This document shows, in pieces, positions 30,931 through 40,636 of a stretch of DNA of 64,000 bases; the first letter of the stretch is position 1; each line of letters opens with the position of its first letter. Location of the stretch: NCBI GenBank assembly GCA_016783505.1, contig JADHWK010000007.1:1-64000 (forward strand), read 5' to 3'. A program made the translations under genes and the position numbers. This DNA is from Candidatus Zhuqueibacterota bacterium (GTDB lineage: Bacteria > BS750m-G25). The notes under the pieces were generated by a model, which was not told the DNA's origin, did not search any database, and saw only the letters and a program-made list of their open reading frames with translations.

Positions 30931-31488
30931 ATGTCAACTGCTATTATTGACTTGCTTCAGAAAAGAAAGGCCTCTCGTGCCATTGAGAGCAAGGGATTGA
31001 GTGATGTGATTATTGATAAACTGATGAATGCCGCTCAACTTTCGGCATCCTGTTATAACAACCAACCGTGGCGATTTTTATTTCTAACCGAGGAATCGGC
31101 TCTGGAAAAGGGCAGAAAAGCACTGGCCGCTGGTAATAGCTGGGCTAAAAAGGCGCCTTTGCTGATCGCCGGGTTTTCAAAACCAGATTTGGATTGCCAG
31201 ATACCGGATGAACGAAATTATTACTTATTCGATCTGGGTATGGCCACACAGTTAATATTATTACAGGCCACTGAACTAAATCTGGTAGCCCGGCCGATGG
31301 CGGGTTTTTCCCCAAAAGTAATAAAAAAAGAATTCAACATTCCACCCAACTACGAAGTATATGTAATGATAGCCGTTGGCTATGAAGGAAAAATAGAAGA
31401 ACTCGATGAGAGATTACAGACCCTATCCAGAGCACCGAGAGAACGGAATCCTTTATCAATGAGTTTTTTCTTCAATAAGTTTGATTAA
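30931..31488 (+). CDS. Nitroreductase family protein
   Basis: R.ASR, S.S.YNNQPWRF, DLG.A, PMAGF, AVGY. Confidence 0.9.
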   Translation: MSTAIIDLLQKRKASRAIESKGLSDVIIDKLMNAAQLSASCYNNQPWRFLFLTEESALEKGRKALAAGNSWAKKAPLLIAGFSKPDLDCQIPDERNYYLFDLGMATQLILLQATELNLVARPMAGFSPKVIKKEFNIPPNYEVYVMIAVGYEGKIEELDERLQTLSRAPRERNPLSMSFFFNKFD

Positions 31489-31726
31489 TCCTGATCTTAA
31501 AGAGAAGTGGTCTATTTCAATAGCGTGTTTGTGGTTTTTCTTTCCTGGCAGGCTTACCCAAATCCCGTCCAGAAACTTCGGGACCGGGACCTCGCACTTT
31601 CAAAACCACTAAAGTTCTCGGTGGATGTTGTCCTACGGACGGGTTATCCGCCGGAGTATCCTTCAAATTGGCGTCGGGGAAGACAACTTCCCTGCCTAGC
31701 TTCTGATAGCTTAAGGAGGAAGACCG

Positions 31727-32287
31727 ATGGAGAGATCTGATCAGCCGACATACGATAAAAAGGGGTATGATGCCTCAATCATAAGGCCCCAGATGCGGAT
31801 TGAGGATTTCCAGATGAGGGGGCGGGGGATGTCTGCGGAAAGATTAAAGGCTATCAAAAAAGGACTGCTCACTTTGCATACCCTGGAGACGATGGCTGCT
31901 AATATCTATAAGTTTCAAATAAGGAAGAGGGTGGATGAACACAATCGCCAGTTAATCACTGCTATGTGTAATGAGATGACCCATCTCCAGGACTTCCAGG
32001 TCAAACTCTTTGAATACGGCTGGATGCCGGGAAAATTCAGATGGGCCTATTGGATGGTGGGTTTTACCTTTGGGTTCTTTTCACGGCTGCGGGGCACAAA
32101 GGCCATTCTCAAACTGGGCATCTGGGTGGAGACCAAAGCCGTTTACCACTACGATGATCTCCTCCGGACAATAGACTGGGACGAGGACACCCGCAAGGTT
32201 ATCGAAAAGAATCAATCTGATGAACAAGGGCATATCAACCGGTGGAAAAACCTTCTCCAATCAGTAGAAGCGAAAGACAAACTTTGA
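31727..32287 (+). CDS. Ferritin-like di-iron protein (Coq7/DMQ hydroxylase-like)
   Basis: E..A..IY, NEMTH, VE..AV.HY, DEQGH. Confidence 0.75.
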   Translation: MERSDQPTYDKKGYDASIIRPQMRIEDFQMRGRGMSAERLKAIKKGLLTLHTLETMAANIYKFQIRKRVDEHNRQLITAMCNEMTHLQDFQVKLFEYGWMPGKFRWAYWMVGFTFGFFSRLRGTKAILKLGIWVETKAVYHYDDLLRTIDWDEDTRKVIEKNQSDEQGHINRWKNLLQSVEAKDKL

Positions 32288-32320
32288 AGCGAAAGAAAAT
32301 TAAAAAAATAAAAAAAATAC

Positions 32321-32383
32321 TTGACTTTGTAATAAATTTATATTATATTTAATACAAATTTAAAATCGTTACAAATTTGTAAC
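32321..32383 (+). promoter_or_regulatory. Sigma70 promoter plus palindromic operator (putative PerR/Fur box)
   Basis: TTGACT-17 nt-TATATT; perfect palindrome GTTACAAATTTGTAAC at 32368-32383. Confidence 0.7.
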
Positions 32384-32391
32384 TAATCAAA

Positions 32392-32802
32392 ATGGAAGAA
32401 TATAAAAAGATTCTTATCGCTAAGGGGATAAAACCGACGTTTCAGAGAATAAAGATCTTGGAATATCTTAGTCGGAATAGAACGCATCCCACAGTTGATA
32501 TGATTTATACTGCCCTATTTAAAAAGGTTCCTACTTTATCAAAAACTACCGTGTATAACACATTGGATATATTAAGGGAAAATGGATTGGTGGATGTGCT
32601 GACGATTACTGAATCAGAAATGAGATACGAGTACTGCACTGAACCGCACCATCATTTTTTATGCAGAAGATGCGGACGCATCATTGATCTGGATGTAAAA
32701 TGCCCTTATTTAGAAAAAATGAAATTCGGTGAACATAAACTTGAACAAATCCACGGCTATTTTAAAGGCATTTGTAAAGATTGTTTAGAGGAGGCACAAT
32801 GA
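32392..32802 (+). CDS. perR: Fur-family regulator, probably PerR
   Basis: T.QR, HPT, TVYNTL, HHHFLC..C, C..C; heads a rubrerythrin cluster. Confidence 0.8.
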   Translation: MEEYKKILIAKGIKPTFQRIKILEYLSRNRTHPTVDMIYTALFKKVPTLSKTTVYNTLDILRENGLVDVLTITESEMRYEYCTEPHHHFLCRRCGRIIDLDVKCPYLEKMKFGEHKLEQIHGYFKGICKDCLEEAQ

Positions 32803-33293
32803 GCATTTTCTTTAATGCCGACGAGATCTTCGAAATGGCGGAACAGATCGAGAGAAACGGGGCTAGGTTCTACCGTCGGGCGGCGGAAGGGGCCCCAGAT
32901 GCCCAGACCCGTGCGGTGTTATTGGAACTCGCTGACATGGAAGATGAACACGAAAAAGTCTTCGCTGCCATGAGGGCGGAGCTTTCGAAGCAGCAGTGGG
33001 GATCGGATGTGTTCGATCCCGACGGCCAGGTATCGTTGTACCTTAAGGCCATGGCGGACGGACAGGTTTTCGACCTTAAGGCAGACCCTTCCAAAGGCCT
33101 TACGGGAAAAGAGTCATTAGAAGATATTATCAGGAAGGCTATCGGGTTGGAAAAGGACTCCATCGTTTTCTACATGGGTATACAGGAGATGGTTCCGGAG
33201 GCGCTGGGGAAGGACAGGATCAACGCCATCATCAAGGAAGAGATGAGTCACATTACCGTCTTAACTGAGAAACTGGCGGCCTTTAAACAATAG
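32799..33293 (+). CDS. Rubrerythrin-like ferritin family protein
   Basis: A..IE.NG..FY, MEDEH, EKDS..FY, EEMSH. Confidence 0.88.
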   Translation: MSIFFNADEIFEMAEQIERNGARFYRRAAEGAPDAQTRAVLLELADMEDEHEKVFAAMRAELSKQQWGSDVFDPDGQVSLYLKAMADGQVFDLKADPSKGLTGKESLEDIIRKAIGLEKDSIVFYMGIQEMVPEALGKDRINAIIKEEMSHITVLTEKLAAFKQ

Positions 33294-33314
33294 TTGGGGT
33301 AGTTTAGAAATCAA

Positions 33315-34208
33315 ATGAACAATTATTTTACAATCATTCTCACCATATTGGCTACTGTTACATCTATATCTGCTGGTGAACTACTTGTGGATTCTTTGAA
33401 ATATGACGAATTATTAGCAATAGCTGAAAACACCACATTACCACAAAGTTTTAAAGCAATTCTTCGGTTACGTGAGGTTGGGGATGAAAGAGCCGTCCCA
33501 ATATTAAAACAGATTCTAATCGAACACACTAACTCAACACGAATCCACAGATTTGGTGCGGCACAGGCATTATTTTGCATTGGCACTGATAAAGCACATC
33601 AAATTCTTCGGGAACACCTATTGGATGCAGAATATCCGGTTGATTTAAGTATTATGTATGGCTTTCACTGGAGAATGGAAGAATCAAAACGTGATACTTT
33701 TATAGCTCAACATCATCTTCAAAATTTATCAACGGACGTATCTTTAAAATTGGAAGTTAAAAATGGTATTTTTAACAGTAAAATTTTCACACTCATTCTT
33801 AGAAATGATTCTGAGAAGACATTGAGACTATATAAACCAAAGGTATATTTAGGTGCCTATCTTATGTTCCGATCCTCTTTAGGTCATTTTATCGAGCATA
33901 TAAAAGCTATCTTATATGATGAACGTGGAAGAACTCCAGAGGGAACTTATCCAAAAATAGCCCCAGGTAAAGACTTAAAACTAAGTTGTAGTGCAAGACC
34001 TCAAACAAATAGGAAAATATATAAATATCCAGAGCCAGTATCCCTAGTGTTAGATTTTGGAGATACTATTCATCTCCTTGGAAACTCTGGTAAATTTAAA
34101 GTGTATGCCATATATTCGTATAGGAAAAGACCAAATGAGCTGTATCCAAATATTTGGACTGGAAGAGTTGTGTCAAACCCCGTTGAAATCGAAATACTCC
34201 TAGAATAA
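33315..34208 (+). CDS. AT-rich secreted protein with HEAT-like repeats and a beta-rich C-domain
   Basis: Signal peptide, GDERAVPIL..AAQAL..IG HEAT pattern, VVSNPVEIEI end; compositionally foreign. Confidence 0.65.
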   Translation: MNNYFTIILTILATVTSISAGELLVDSLKYDELLAIAENTTLPQSFKAILRLREVGDERAVPILKQILIEHTNSTRIHRFGAAQALFCIGTDKAHQILREHLLDAEYPVDLSIMYGFHWRMEESKRDTFIAQHHLQNLSTDVSLKLEVKNGIFNSKIFTLILRNDSEKTLRLYKPKVYLGAYLMFRSSLGHFIEHIKAILYDERGRTPEGTYPKIAPGKDLKLSCSARPQTNRKIYKYPEPVSLVLDFGDTIHLLGNSGKFKVYAIYSYRKRPNELYPNIWTGRVVSNPVEIEILLE

Positions 34209-34336
34209 AGTCTATACTGATAATGTGAATATATAACAAAAATCAAATTAGGGGTGGTAAAGTTATCTACTGTATTTCATAATTTTATTAAAGAATAAAG
34301 GCAAAAGATGAACAAAAATTAGAAAGGAGGCAAGAA

Positions 34337-34912
34337 ATGGAAAACTTGAAGGGCACAAGGACAGAGAAAAACCTGCTTACCGCTTTTGCCGGTGAGTCGC
34401 AGGCGCGCAACCGCTACACCTACTTTGCCAGTCAGGCGAGGAAGGATGGATTCATGCAGATTGCGGAAATCTTCGAGGAGACGGCCAATCAGGAGAAGGA
34501 GCACGCCAAAAGGCTGTTCAAGCTGCTTGAGGGGGGTGAAGTGGAGATTCAAGCCGCATTCCCAGCCGGGGTAATTGCCACCACCGCCGAAAACCTCAAG
34601 GCCGCTGCTGGTGGGGAGCACTATGAGTGGGAAGAGATGTATCCCTCGTTTGCCAGGGTTGCCCGGGAGGAGGGTTTCGAGGACATCGCCAAGGTATTTG
34701 AATCCATTGCCGTGGCCGAGAAGCAACACGAGAAGCGTTACCTCGGTCTTCTGGATAACATCGAGTCGGGAACGGTGTTCAAAAAGGACCGTGTGGTCCT
34801 GTGGCGCTGCCGAAACTGCGGTTATCTACACCAGGGTACAGAAGCTCCTGAAATCTGCCCAGCCTGCGCTCACACCCAGGCTCACTTCGAATTGCTATGT
34901 GAGAACTGGTAA
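34337..34912 (+). CDS. rbr: Rubrerythrin
   Basis: AFAGESQARNRY, EKEH, EKQH, CRNCG, CPAC. Confidence 0.96.
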   Translation: MENLKGTRTEKNLLTAFAGESQARNRYTYFASQARKDGFMQIAEIFEETANQEKEHAKRLFKLLEGGEVEIQAAFPAGVIATTAENLKAAAGGEHYEWEEMYPSFARVAREEGFEDIAKVFESIAVAEKQHEKRYLGLLDNIESGTVFKKDRVVLWRCRNCGYLHQGTEAPEICPACAHTQAHFELLCENW

Positions 34913-34998
34913 AATCAAATAAAAAAACTGGTTGCTGCGTCCCTAACCGGTTAGGGGCCTAAGGAGTTGAAGTAAAAATAATTGAAGGGGAGGAAGAA

Positions 34999-35454
34999 AT
35001 GAAGAGATTTAATTCCGTTGAGGAGATTTTAAATTACTCTATCGCTAAGGAGCAGGAATCCTCCCAATTTTATAATGATTTGGCAGGCCGGGTTGAGAGA
35101 CCCGAGATGAGCCGAGTCTTTGAGGATTTCGCTCAGGAGGAGATGGGGCATAAGGCCAAGTTGCTGTCCATAAAGCAGGGGAAGCTCTTGATGCCCGCAG
35201 AGCGTAAAATACTGGATCTTAAAATAGGCGACTACCTGGTGGGTGTAGAGCCGGGGCCTGATCTGGACTATCAGCAGGTACTTGTCCTGGCGATGAAGAA
35301 GGAGAAGGAGTCCTTCAGGCTGTATACCGACCTTGCCGCCGCTACCGACGACAGCAATCTGGGCACAACCCTGCAATCACTGGCCCAGGAGGAAGCAAAG
35401 CACAAGCTGCGGTTTGAAATCGAGTACGACGACCATATTCTGGCCCAAGATTAA
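34999..35454 (+). CDS. Rubrerythrin-like ferritin family protein
   Basis: I.KE....FY, EEMGH, AMKKE, EEAKH. Confidence 0.88.
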   Translation: MKRFNSVEEILNYSIAKEQESSQFYNDLAGRVERPEMSRVFEDFAQEEMGHKAKLLSIKQGKLLMPAERKILDLKIGDYLVGVEPGPDLDYQQVLVLAMKKEKESFRLYTDLAAATDDSNLGTTLQSLAQEEAKHKLRFEIEYDDHILAQD

Positions 35455-35732
35455 GATAGCTGGGATAAAAATTCCCAGGGCGGAGGACAGCCCAAAACCG
35501 ATATAAAAAGTGGCACTTCTTCGTTCAAGCGATTAAAAATCGCCGGATATTAGTTTTTGAAAAGTTTACCGTGTATCAACCGAGCATTAACGGCAAGCCA
35601 CTGTTTATGTCAGAATCATCACTGAAAATTTCCAGCAACAGATATGACTGAAATGTGGGGATTGCTCAATGTGAAGAAACCATTAAAAAGGTATACCAAA
35701 ATTTTATTTTACAAACAAAAGGAGGCGGGGAA

Positions 35733-36107
35733 ATGACGGAAAGATTCCAGGTGTACAAATGTGAAGTGTGTGGGAATATTGTTGAGATGTTGCACCCCGG
35801 AGCAGGGGAATTGGTCTGTTGCGGCCAGCCCATGAAACTTTTTGTGGAGAACACCACCGATGCTGTCAGGGAGAAACATGTCCCCGTATTAGAGAAGACC
35901 GAAACAGGCGTCAAGGTAAAGGTTGGGAGTGTGGCCCATCCCATGGAGGATAAGCACTACATTGAATGGATTGAGATCCTCACCGGCGATAGGGTCTACC
36001 GTAAGTTTTTAAGACCTGGGGACGCGCCAGAGGCTGCCTTCGAGATCGAATTGTACCGGGTTACCGCCCGCGCGTACTGCAACCTGCACGGGCTGTGGAA
36101 GGGATAA
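35733..36107 (+). CDS. dfx: Desulfoferrodoxin (class I superoxide reductase)
   Basis: [22 protein letters not shown]...HYIEWI, CNLHG. Confidence 0.95.
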   Translation: MTERFQVYKCEVCGNIVEMLHPGAGELVCCGQPMKLFVENTTDAVREKHVPVLEKTETGVKVKVGSVAHPMEDKHYIEWIEILTGDRVYRKFLRPGDAPEAAFEIELYRVTARAYCNLHGLWKG

Positions 36108-36234
36108 TTGCCTTGTGTAAAAAAGTTTGCTGGATTAAACCAGTAAGTACGAGAGTTTTAGAAGGCCAACTCAGCAGGGAAGAATTAATCGGGGCAGAGT
36201 GCTAAGAGAGAGTTGAACTGAATAGGTAGGCAAC

Positions 36235-36999
36235 ATGCAGTCGAATATAATCATAGCCTTATTACTAACTGCCGGAGCCGGTCTGGCAACGACTATCGGG
36301 AGCTTGATCGGCCTGGCAGTACGTAAGCCTGGACCACGATTCATGGGGTTCACATTGGGCTTCTCGGCCGGTGTGATGGTCCTGGTCTCCTTTGTCGAAC
36401 TGCTCCAGGGGAGCATCGAGTCCATCGGATTTTTATCCGCACACGGGGGGTTCTTCCTAGGCATGGTGAGCTACTTTCTCATAGATTATCTTATCCCCCA
36501 CGACTACATTGATCAGCACGACCATCCCAGGGGCGAATCTGGGGAGGCCCTGATGAAGACCGGAATGCTGGTGGCTTTGGGTATTGGGATTCACAACTTT
36601 CCCGAGGGGATGGCGACTTTTGCCGGTGCGCTCAAGGACGTGCGACTTGGGATTGCCATCGCGGTGGCTATTGCTATCCATAACGTTCCCGAAGGGCTGG
36701 CCGTTTCGGCCCCGGTCTATGCTGCCACCGGCAGCCGCAGGAAAGCCTTCCTCTGGTCGTTTCTTTCGGGGGTGAGTGAGCCCGTAGGGGCAGCGTTGGC
36801 CGCTATCGTGCTGCTGCCCTTCCTGACGGCGACCGTGTTGGGCTGGTTGCTTGCCGCCGTTGCCGGTATCATGGTTGCCATCTCGATTGACGAACTTGCC
36901 CCTGCTGCTAAATCGTTCGGGAGCGAGCACACGCCGATCATGGGGGCAATAGCAGGTATGATCGTCATGGCGCTCAGTCTTTGGATATTGAAAGGGTAA
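36235..36999 (+). CDS. zupT: ZIP-family metal transporter
   Basis: GFSAGVM, HNFPEG, HNVPEG, SEP.GA, DEL.P. Confidence 0.9.
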   Translation: MQSNIIIALLLTAGAGLATTIGSLIGLAVRKPGPRFMGFTLGFSAGVMVLVSFVELLQGSIESIGFLSAHGGFFLGMVSYFLIDYLIPHDYIDQHDHPRGESGEALMKTGMLVALGIGIHNFPEGMATFAGALKDVRLGIAIAVAIAIHNVPEGLAVSAPVYAATGSRRKAFLWSFLSGVSEPVGAALAAIVLLPFLTATVLGWLLAAVAGIMVAISIDELAPAAKSFGSEHTPIMGAIAGMIVMALSLWILKG

Positions 37000-37085
37000 C
37001 CCCGGAGTTCTTCACTAATTAAATGGCACAAGATGCTAAAACATTGGCTTAATAAAAAGCCAACTGAATGAAAGGAGGATTAACC

Positions 37086-37304
37086 ATGAAAGAAAGAGTG
37101 GAAGAAGTACTGGACAAAATACGACCCGCTTTGCAGGCGGACGGCGGCGATGTGGCTTTAGTCTCCGTTGAAGAGGGGGTTGTTAAACTGAGGCTGCAGG
37201 GGGCCTGCTTTGGCTGTCCCATGGCGCAGATTACCTTAAAACAGGGGATCGAACGAAAGTTAAAAGAAATGATCCCTGAAGTAAAAGAGGTAATGGCAGT
37301 GTGA
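37086..37304 (+). CDS. NifU C-terminal-like (Nfu) protein
   Basis: [23 protein letters not shown]. Confidence 0.93.
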   Translation: MKERVEEVLDKIRPALQADGGDVALVSVEEGVVKLRLQGACFGCPMAQITLKQGIERKLKEMIPEVKEVMAV

Positions 37305-37561
37305 TGTTTGTCCCCAAGATTGCCGCCCGTTGAGGGTGATTACCTTTATTCAAAATAAACAAATAAATTTTCAAGAAAAAGAGAATCCGGAACTTGGAGT
37401 GATGGAGGGGTGAAGTATTAGGGATTTAATGTAATGTACCTTTTCCGCATTACCCCAGTACTCTACAACTTCCTCGAACTCTTATAATTTTGTTGGCGCA
37501 ACTTTATTCAAATTAGTCAGATAAAACAGATGTATTGTTTAGGATAATTCATGAGAAAATT

Positions 37562-38725
37562 ATGGAAGGAATAATAAATTTTGACCACGCTGCTGCCACC
37601 AGGCCTTTACATGATGTTGCAGAAAGCATGAAGCCGTACATGCTGGATGTGTTCGGAAATCCTTCCAGTATGCACAGCGAAGGACAGAGGGTAAAAGAAG
37701 CAATTGACGAAGCCAGAGAGCAGGTGGCCAGCCTAATTAACGCTTCGCCTGAGGAAATTGTATTCACCGCTTCAGGAAGTGAGTCTAACAACTTTACCCT
37801 GAAAGGAGTTGCCTTTGCTAACCGAAAGAAGGGGGATCATATTGTCGTCTCGGCAATCGAGCATTTTTCTGTGCTGCAAGCGGCAAAATCGCTGGAAAAG
37901 CTGGGCTATCAGGTCTCCCAAATTCCTGTGGATAAAGATGGGCTTGTGGACCCTGATGATGTGAAAAAGGCCATTACCGATAAAACCATTCTCGTTTCTA
38001 TCATGTATGCCAATCATGAGGTTGGTACCATCGAACCCATTGAAGAGATTGCCAAGATTGTCAAAAAAAGGGGTATCCTTTTCCATTCAGATGGGGTCCA
38101 GACGGTGGGAACAATTCCAGTGGATGTCAAAAAATTGAATGTTGATTTTTTAAGTTTTGCTGCCCAAACATTTTATGGACCCAAAGGGGTTGCCGGGCTT
38201 TATATTAAAAAGGGGGCGAGAATTGACCCATTGATTGTTGGTGGGATTCAAGAAGGTGGGCGACGCGCGGGTACCGAAAACGTGATGGGCATCGTGGGCA
38301 TGGGCACAGCAGCCGAGCTTGCTTCAAAAGAAGTGGCCAAAAGAATTGCCCACGTGCAGGTTTTACGTGATCTATTGATTCAGTCAATAGAGGAAAAGAT
38401 TGATCATGTATGTCTACACGGGCATCGTGAATTGCGATTACCGAATAATGTTAATTTTGGATTCGAATATATTGAAGGTGAGTCCATCCTTTTACTTTTG
38501 GGAATGGAAAATATTTTAGCTTCGAGCGGATCGGCATGTACTTCGAAAGCGCTGAAGGCATCACACGTGCTATCCGCCATAGGGGTGTCACCTGAGATTG
38601 CCAATGGTTCGATACTATTTACATTGGGCATTGATAATACGGAAGCCGATGTTAATCTACTGTCGGAAAAATTACCCCGGATAGTTGATAGACTTCGGGC
38701 CATGTCGCCCTTGTATCAGAAATAG
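37562..38725 (+). CDS. iscS: IscS/NifS-like protein lacking the PLP Schiff-base lysine
   Basis: GNPSS.H, E.NN, IEH.SV, N.EVGT, SSGSAC; canonical SAHK reads AAQT. Confidence 0.88.
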   Translation: MEGIINFDHAAATRPLHDVAESMKPYMLDVFGNPSSMHSEGQRVKEAIDEAREQVASLINASPEEIVFTASGSESNNFTLKGVAFANRKKGDHIVVSAIEHFSVLQAAKSLEKLGYQVSQIPVDKDGLVDPDDVKKAITDKTILVSIMYANHEVGTIEPIEEIAKIVKKRGILFHSDGVQTVGTIPVDVKKLNVDFLSFAAQTFYGPKGVAGLYIKKGARIDPLIVGGIQEGGRRAGTENVMGIVGMGTAAELASKEVAKRIAHVQVLRDLLIQSIEEKIDHVCLHGHRELRLPNNVNFGFEYIEGESILLLLGMENILASSGSACTSKALKASHVLSAIGVSPEIANGSILFTLGIDNTEADVNLLSEKLPRIVDRLRAMSPLYQK

Positions 38726-38733
38726 GAAATAGA

Positions 38734-38770
38734 ACACGGATTTAGCGGATTGAACGGATTATCACGGATT
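38734..38770 (+). repeat. Four ~9-nt nnnCGGATT tandem units
   Basis: ACACGGATT TAGCGGATT GAACGGATT ATCACGGATT. Confidence 0.8.
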
Positions 38771-38792
38771 AATATATGAAAGGATAAAAAAC

Positions 38793-39218
38793 ATGGATAG
38801 TCCATATAGTGAAACGGTCATGGATCATTTCATGAATCCCAGAAATGTGGGGGAAATTAAAGATGCCGATGGGGTGGGGACTATAGGGAATCCGGCCTGC
38901 GGCGATATTATGCAGATGTTCATCAAAGTCGAAAATGACGTGATTGTAGATGCAAAATTTAAGACTTTTGGCTGTGGTGCAGCAATTGCCTCCAGCAGTA
39001 TGGCTACAGAATTGATAAAAGGTAAATCCATTAATGAGGTTTTGAAGGTAACCAATAAGGCTGTTACCAAGGCTCTGGGTGGCCTTCCTAAAGTAAAAAG
39101 GCATTGCTCGGTTCTAGCGGAGCAAGCACTTCAAAGCGCTCTTAATGACTATTATAAGAAAGAAGGGATTCCTTCTCCTGTTAAAATGAAATCAGAAGAG
39201 GAAATACTTGCAGAGTAA
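38793..39218 (+). CDS. iscU: Fe-S scaffold IscU/NifU-N
   Basis: DHF.NPRN.G, NPACGD, FKTFGCGAAIA, LP..K.HCS. Confidence 0.95.
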   Translation: MDSPYSETVMDHFMNPRNVGEIKDADGVGTIGNPACGDIMQMFIKVENDVIVDAKFKTFGCGAAIASSSMATELIKGKSINEVLKVTNKAVTKALGGLPKVKRHCSVLAEQALQSALNDYYKKEGIPSPVKMKSEEEILAE

Positions 39219-39231
39219 AGGAGGAGAAATC

Positions 39232-39714
39232 ATGAATGAAAAAAATATGGTTACCATTGTCGTCTTTAGCGGTGATTTAGATAAAACGCTAGCCAGTTTT
39301 GTGATTGCCACCGGGGCGGCAGCATCCGGGATGAAAGTAAATATGTTCTTTACCTTCTGGGGATTAAAACTCATTCAGCGGGAAAAAGCGAGGCCGAAAG
39401 AATTGGATTGGATGAGAAGGATGTTTAGTTTTATGGTGAAAGCAGGACCTGAAAAACGCCCGCTATCGAAAATGAATATGTTTGGTATAGGGCCGATGAT
39501 GATGAAAAAATTGATGAAAAAATCCAATGTTCCCTCACTTAAGGAGATGCTGGCAACAGCCAAGAGCCTCGGCGTCAAATTAACAGCCTGTTCCATGACG
39601 ATGGGTGTTATGGGTGTAACCAAAGAAACCCTGATACCGGAGGTCAATAATGTTGCCGGGGTTGCTTCCTTTTTAGCCGATGCGAAGGATAGTCAAATTA
39701 CTCTCTTCATTTGA
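39232..39714 (+). CDS. DsrE2/DrsH-like sulfur-transfer protein
   Basis: FSGDLDK, FFTFWG, ACSMTM.VMG, AGVA.FL, TLFI. Confidence 0.88.
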   Translation: MNEKNMVTIVVFSGDLDKTLASFVIATGAAASGMKVNMFFTFWGLKLIQREKARPKELDWMRRMFSFMVKAGPEKRPLSKMNMFGIGPMMMKKLMKKSNVPSLKEMLATAKSLGVKLTACSMTMGVMGVTKETLIPEVNNVAGVASFLADAKDSQITLFI

Positions 39715-39931
39715 GAGAATGATAAAATGCTAAAATCGTATTTGAAAACAATATATGAAATTGCCAGGTTTGAATATCTAGAGCGGGAAAATACAACGAA
39801 TAAATTAGAACGCTATCGTCCTATCTTTCCGAACTTGAGACCTGTTCAGGCTTGAAAAGGAGCTAGAGTAAAGAAAACCAAATATACCACCAAACTTTTT
39901 ACGGCTCTCTCTGAAGCCTTTAAGAGGATAA

Positions 39932-40006
39932 GTCAGACATTCTTGTCTGACAATAATAAGAGACCAATTATGAGAACATCTAGGGGAACAGGCAAGAATG
40001 CCTGTT
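39932..40006. repeat. Inverted pair of REP-like hairpins
   Basis: GTCAGACATTCTTGTCTGAC and AACAGGCAAGAATGCCTGTT share the CATTCTTG loop in opposite orientation. Confidence 0.7.
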
Positions 40007-40136
40007 ATACCGATACCCGATACCGGTGTCAATTTCAATATTATTAAACCAAAGAAAACCATAGAATTTGCAAACGGGTAAGACTTTTATAAACAGAATA
40101 TTCTTTAAAAGGAAATTTTAGTACGGGATTCAAATT

Positions 40137-40367
40137 ATGGAAGCCAATGTAACTTTAGATTGCTTGGGACTTTATTGCCCTATGCCTATTATTAAGACTG
40201 CTGAAAAGATAAAAGAACTTACAATAGGCGAAATTCTTGAAGTAATCTCCGATGATGTAGGCATTGTTGAGGACATGCCCAACTGGTGTAAAATGACCGG
40301 TCAGGAATTTTTATGTATCGAAGAAGAGGGCGATGAGTTCAGGGCTTATGTTAAGAAAATTGTGTAA
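40137..40367 (+). CDS. tusA: TusA/SirA-family sulfur carrier
   Basis: LD.LGLYCPMP, DD......D...WC. Confidence 0.9.
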   Translation: MEANVTLDCLGLYCPMPIIKTAEKIKELTIGEILEVISDDVGIVEDMPNWCKMTGQEFLCIEEEGDEFRAYVKKIV

Positions 40368-40473
40368 GTACTTATTTTGTTGACAATGGTCTCGATATCT
40401 GCCGGTTTTAAGTCGGGAGAAAGAACGGAGCCAGACTTTGGTGTAGCCCACTTTACCTTAGGGAGGAGAAGCG

Positions 40474-40635
40474 ATGAAAAATTATGTTTGCTCGGTTTGC
40501 GGTTACGTGTATGATCCAGAAAAGGGCGACCACGACAGCGGGATTGAACCGGGAACTCCCTTCGAGGATTTACCTGAGGATTGGGTCTGCCCTGTTTGCG
40601 GTGCTGGAAAGGATCAGTTTGAGCTGGAGGAGTAG
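40474..40635 (+). CDS. Rubredoxin
   Basis: [19 protein letters not shown]...[29 protein letters not shown]; absent from ORF track. Confidence 0.97.
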   Translation: MKNYVCSVCGYVYDPEKGDHDSGIEPGTPFEDLPEDWVCPVCGAGKDQFELEE

Positions 40636-40636
40636 C

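Noticed and set aside
31507-31740. 77-aa ORF
   Set aside because: Runs through nested palindromes, with no SD or recognisable motif
39805-40062. 85-aa minus-strand ORF
   Set aside because: Spans REP-like hairpins in degenerate intergenic DNA, with no recognisable family
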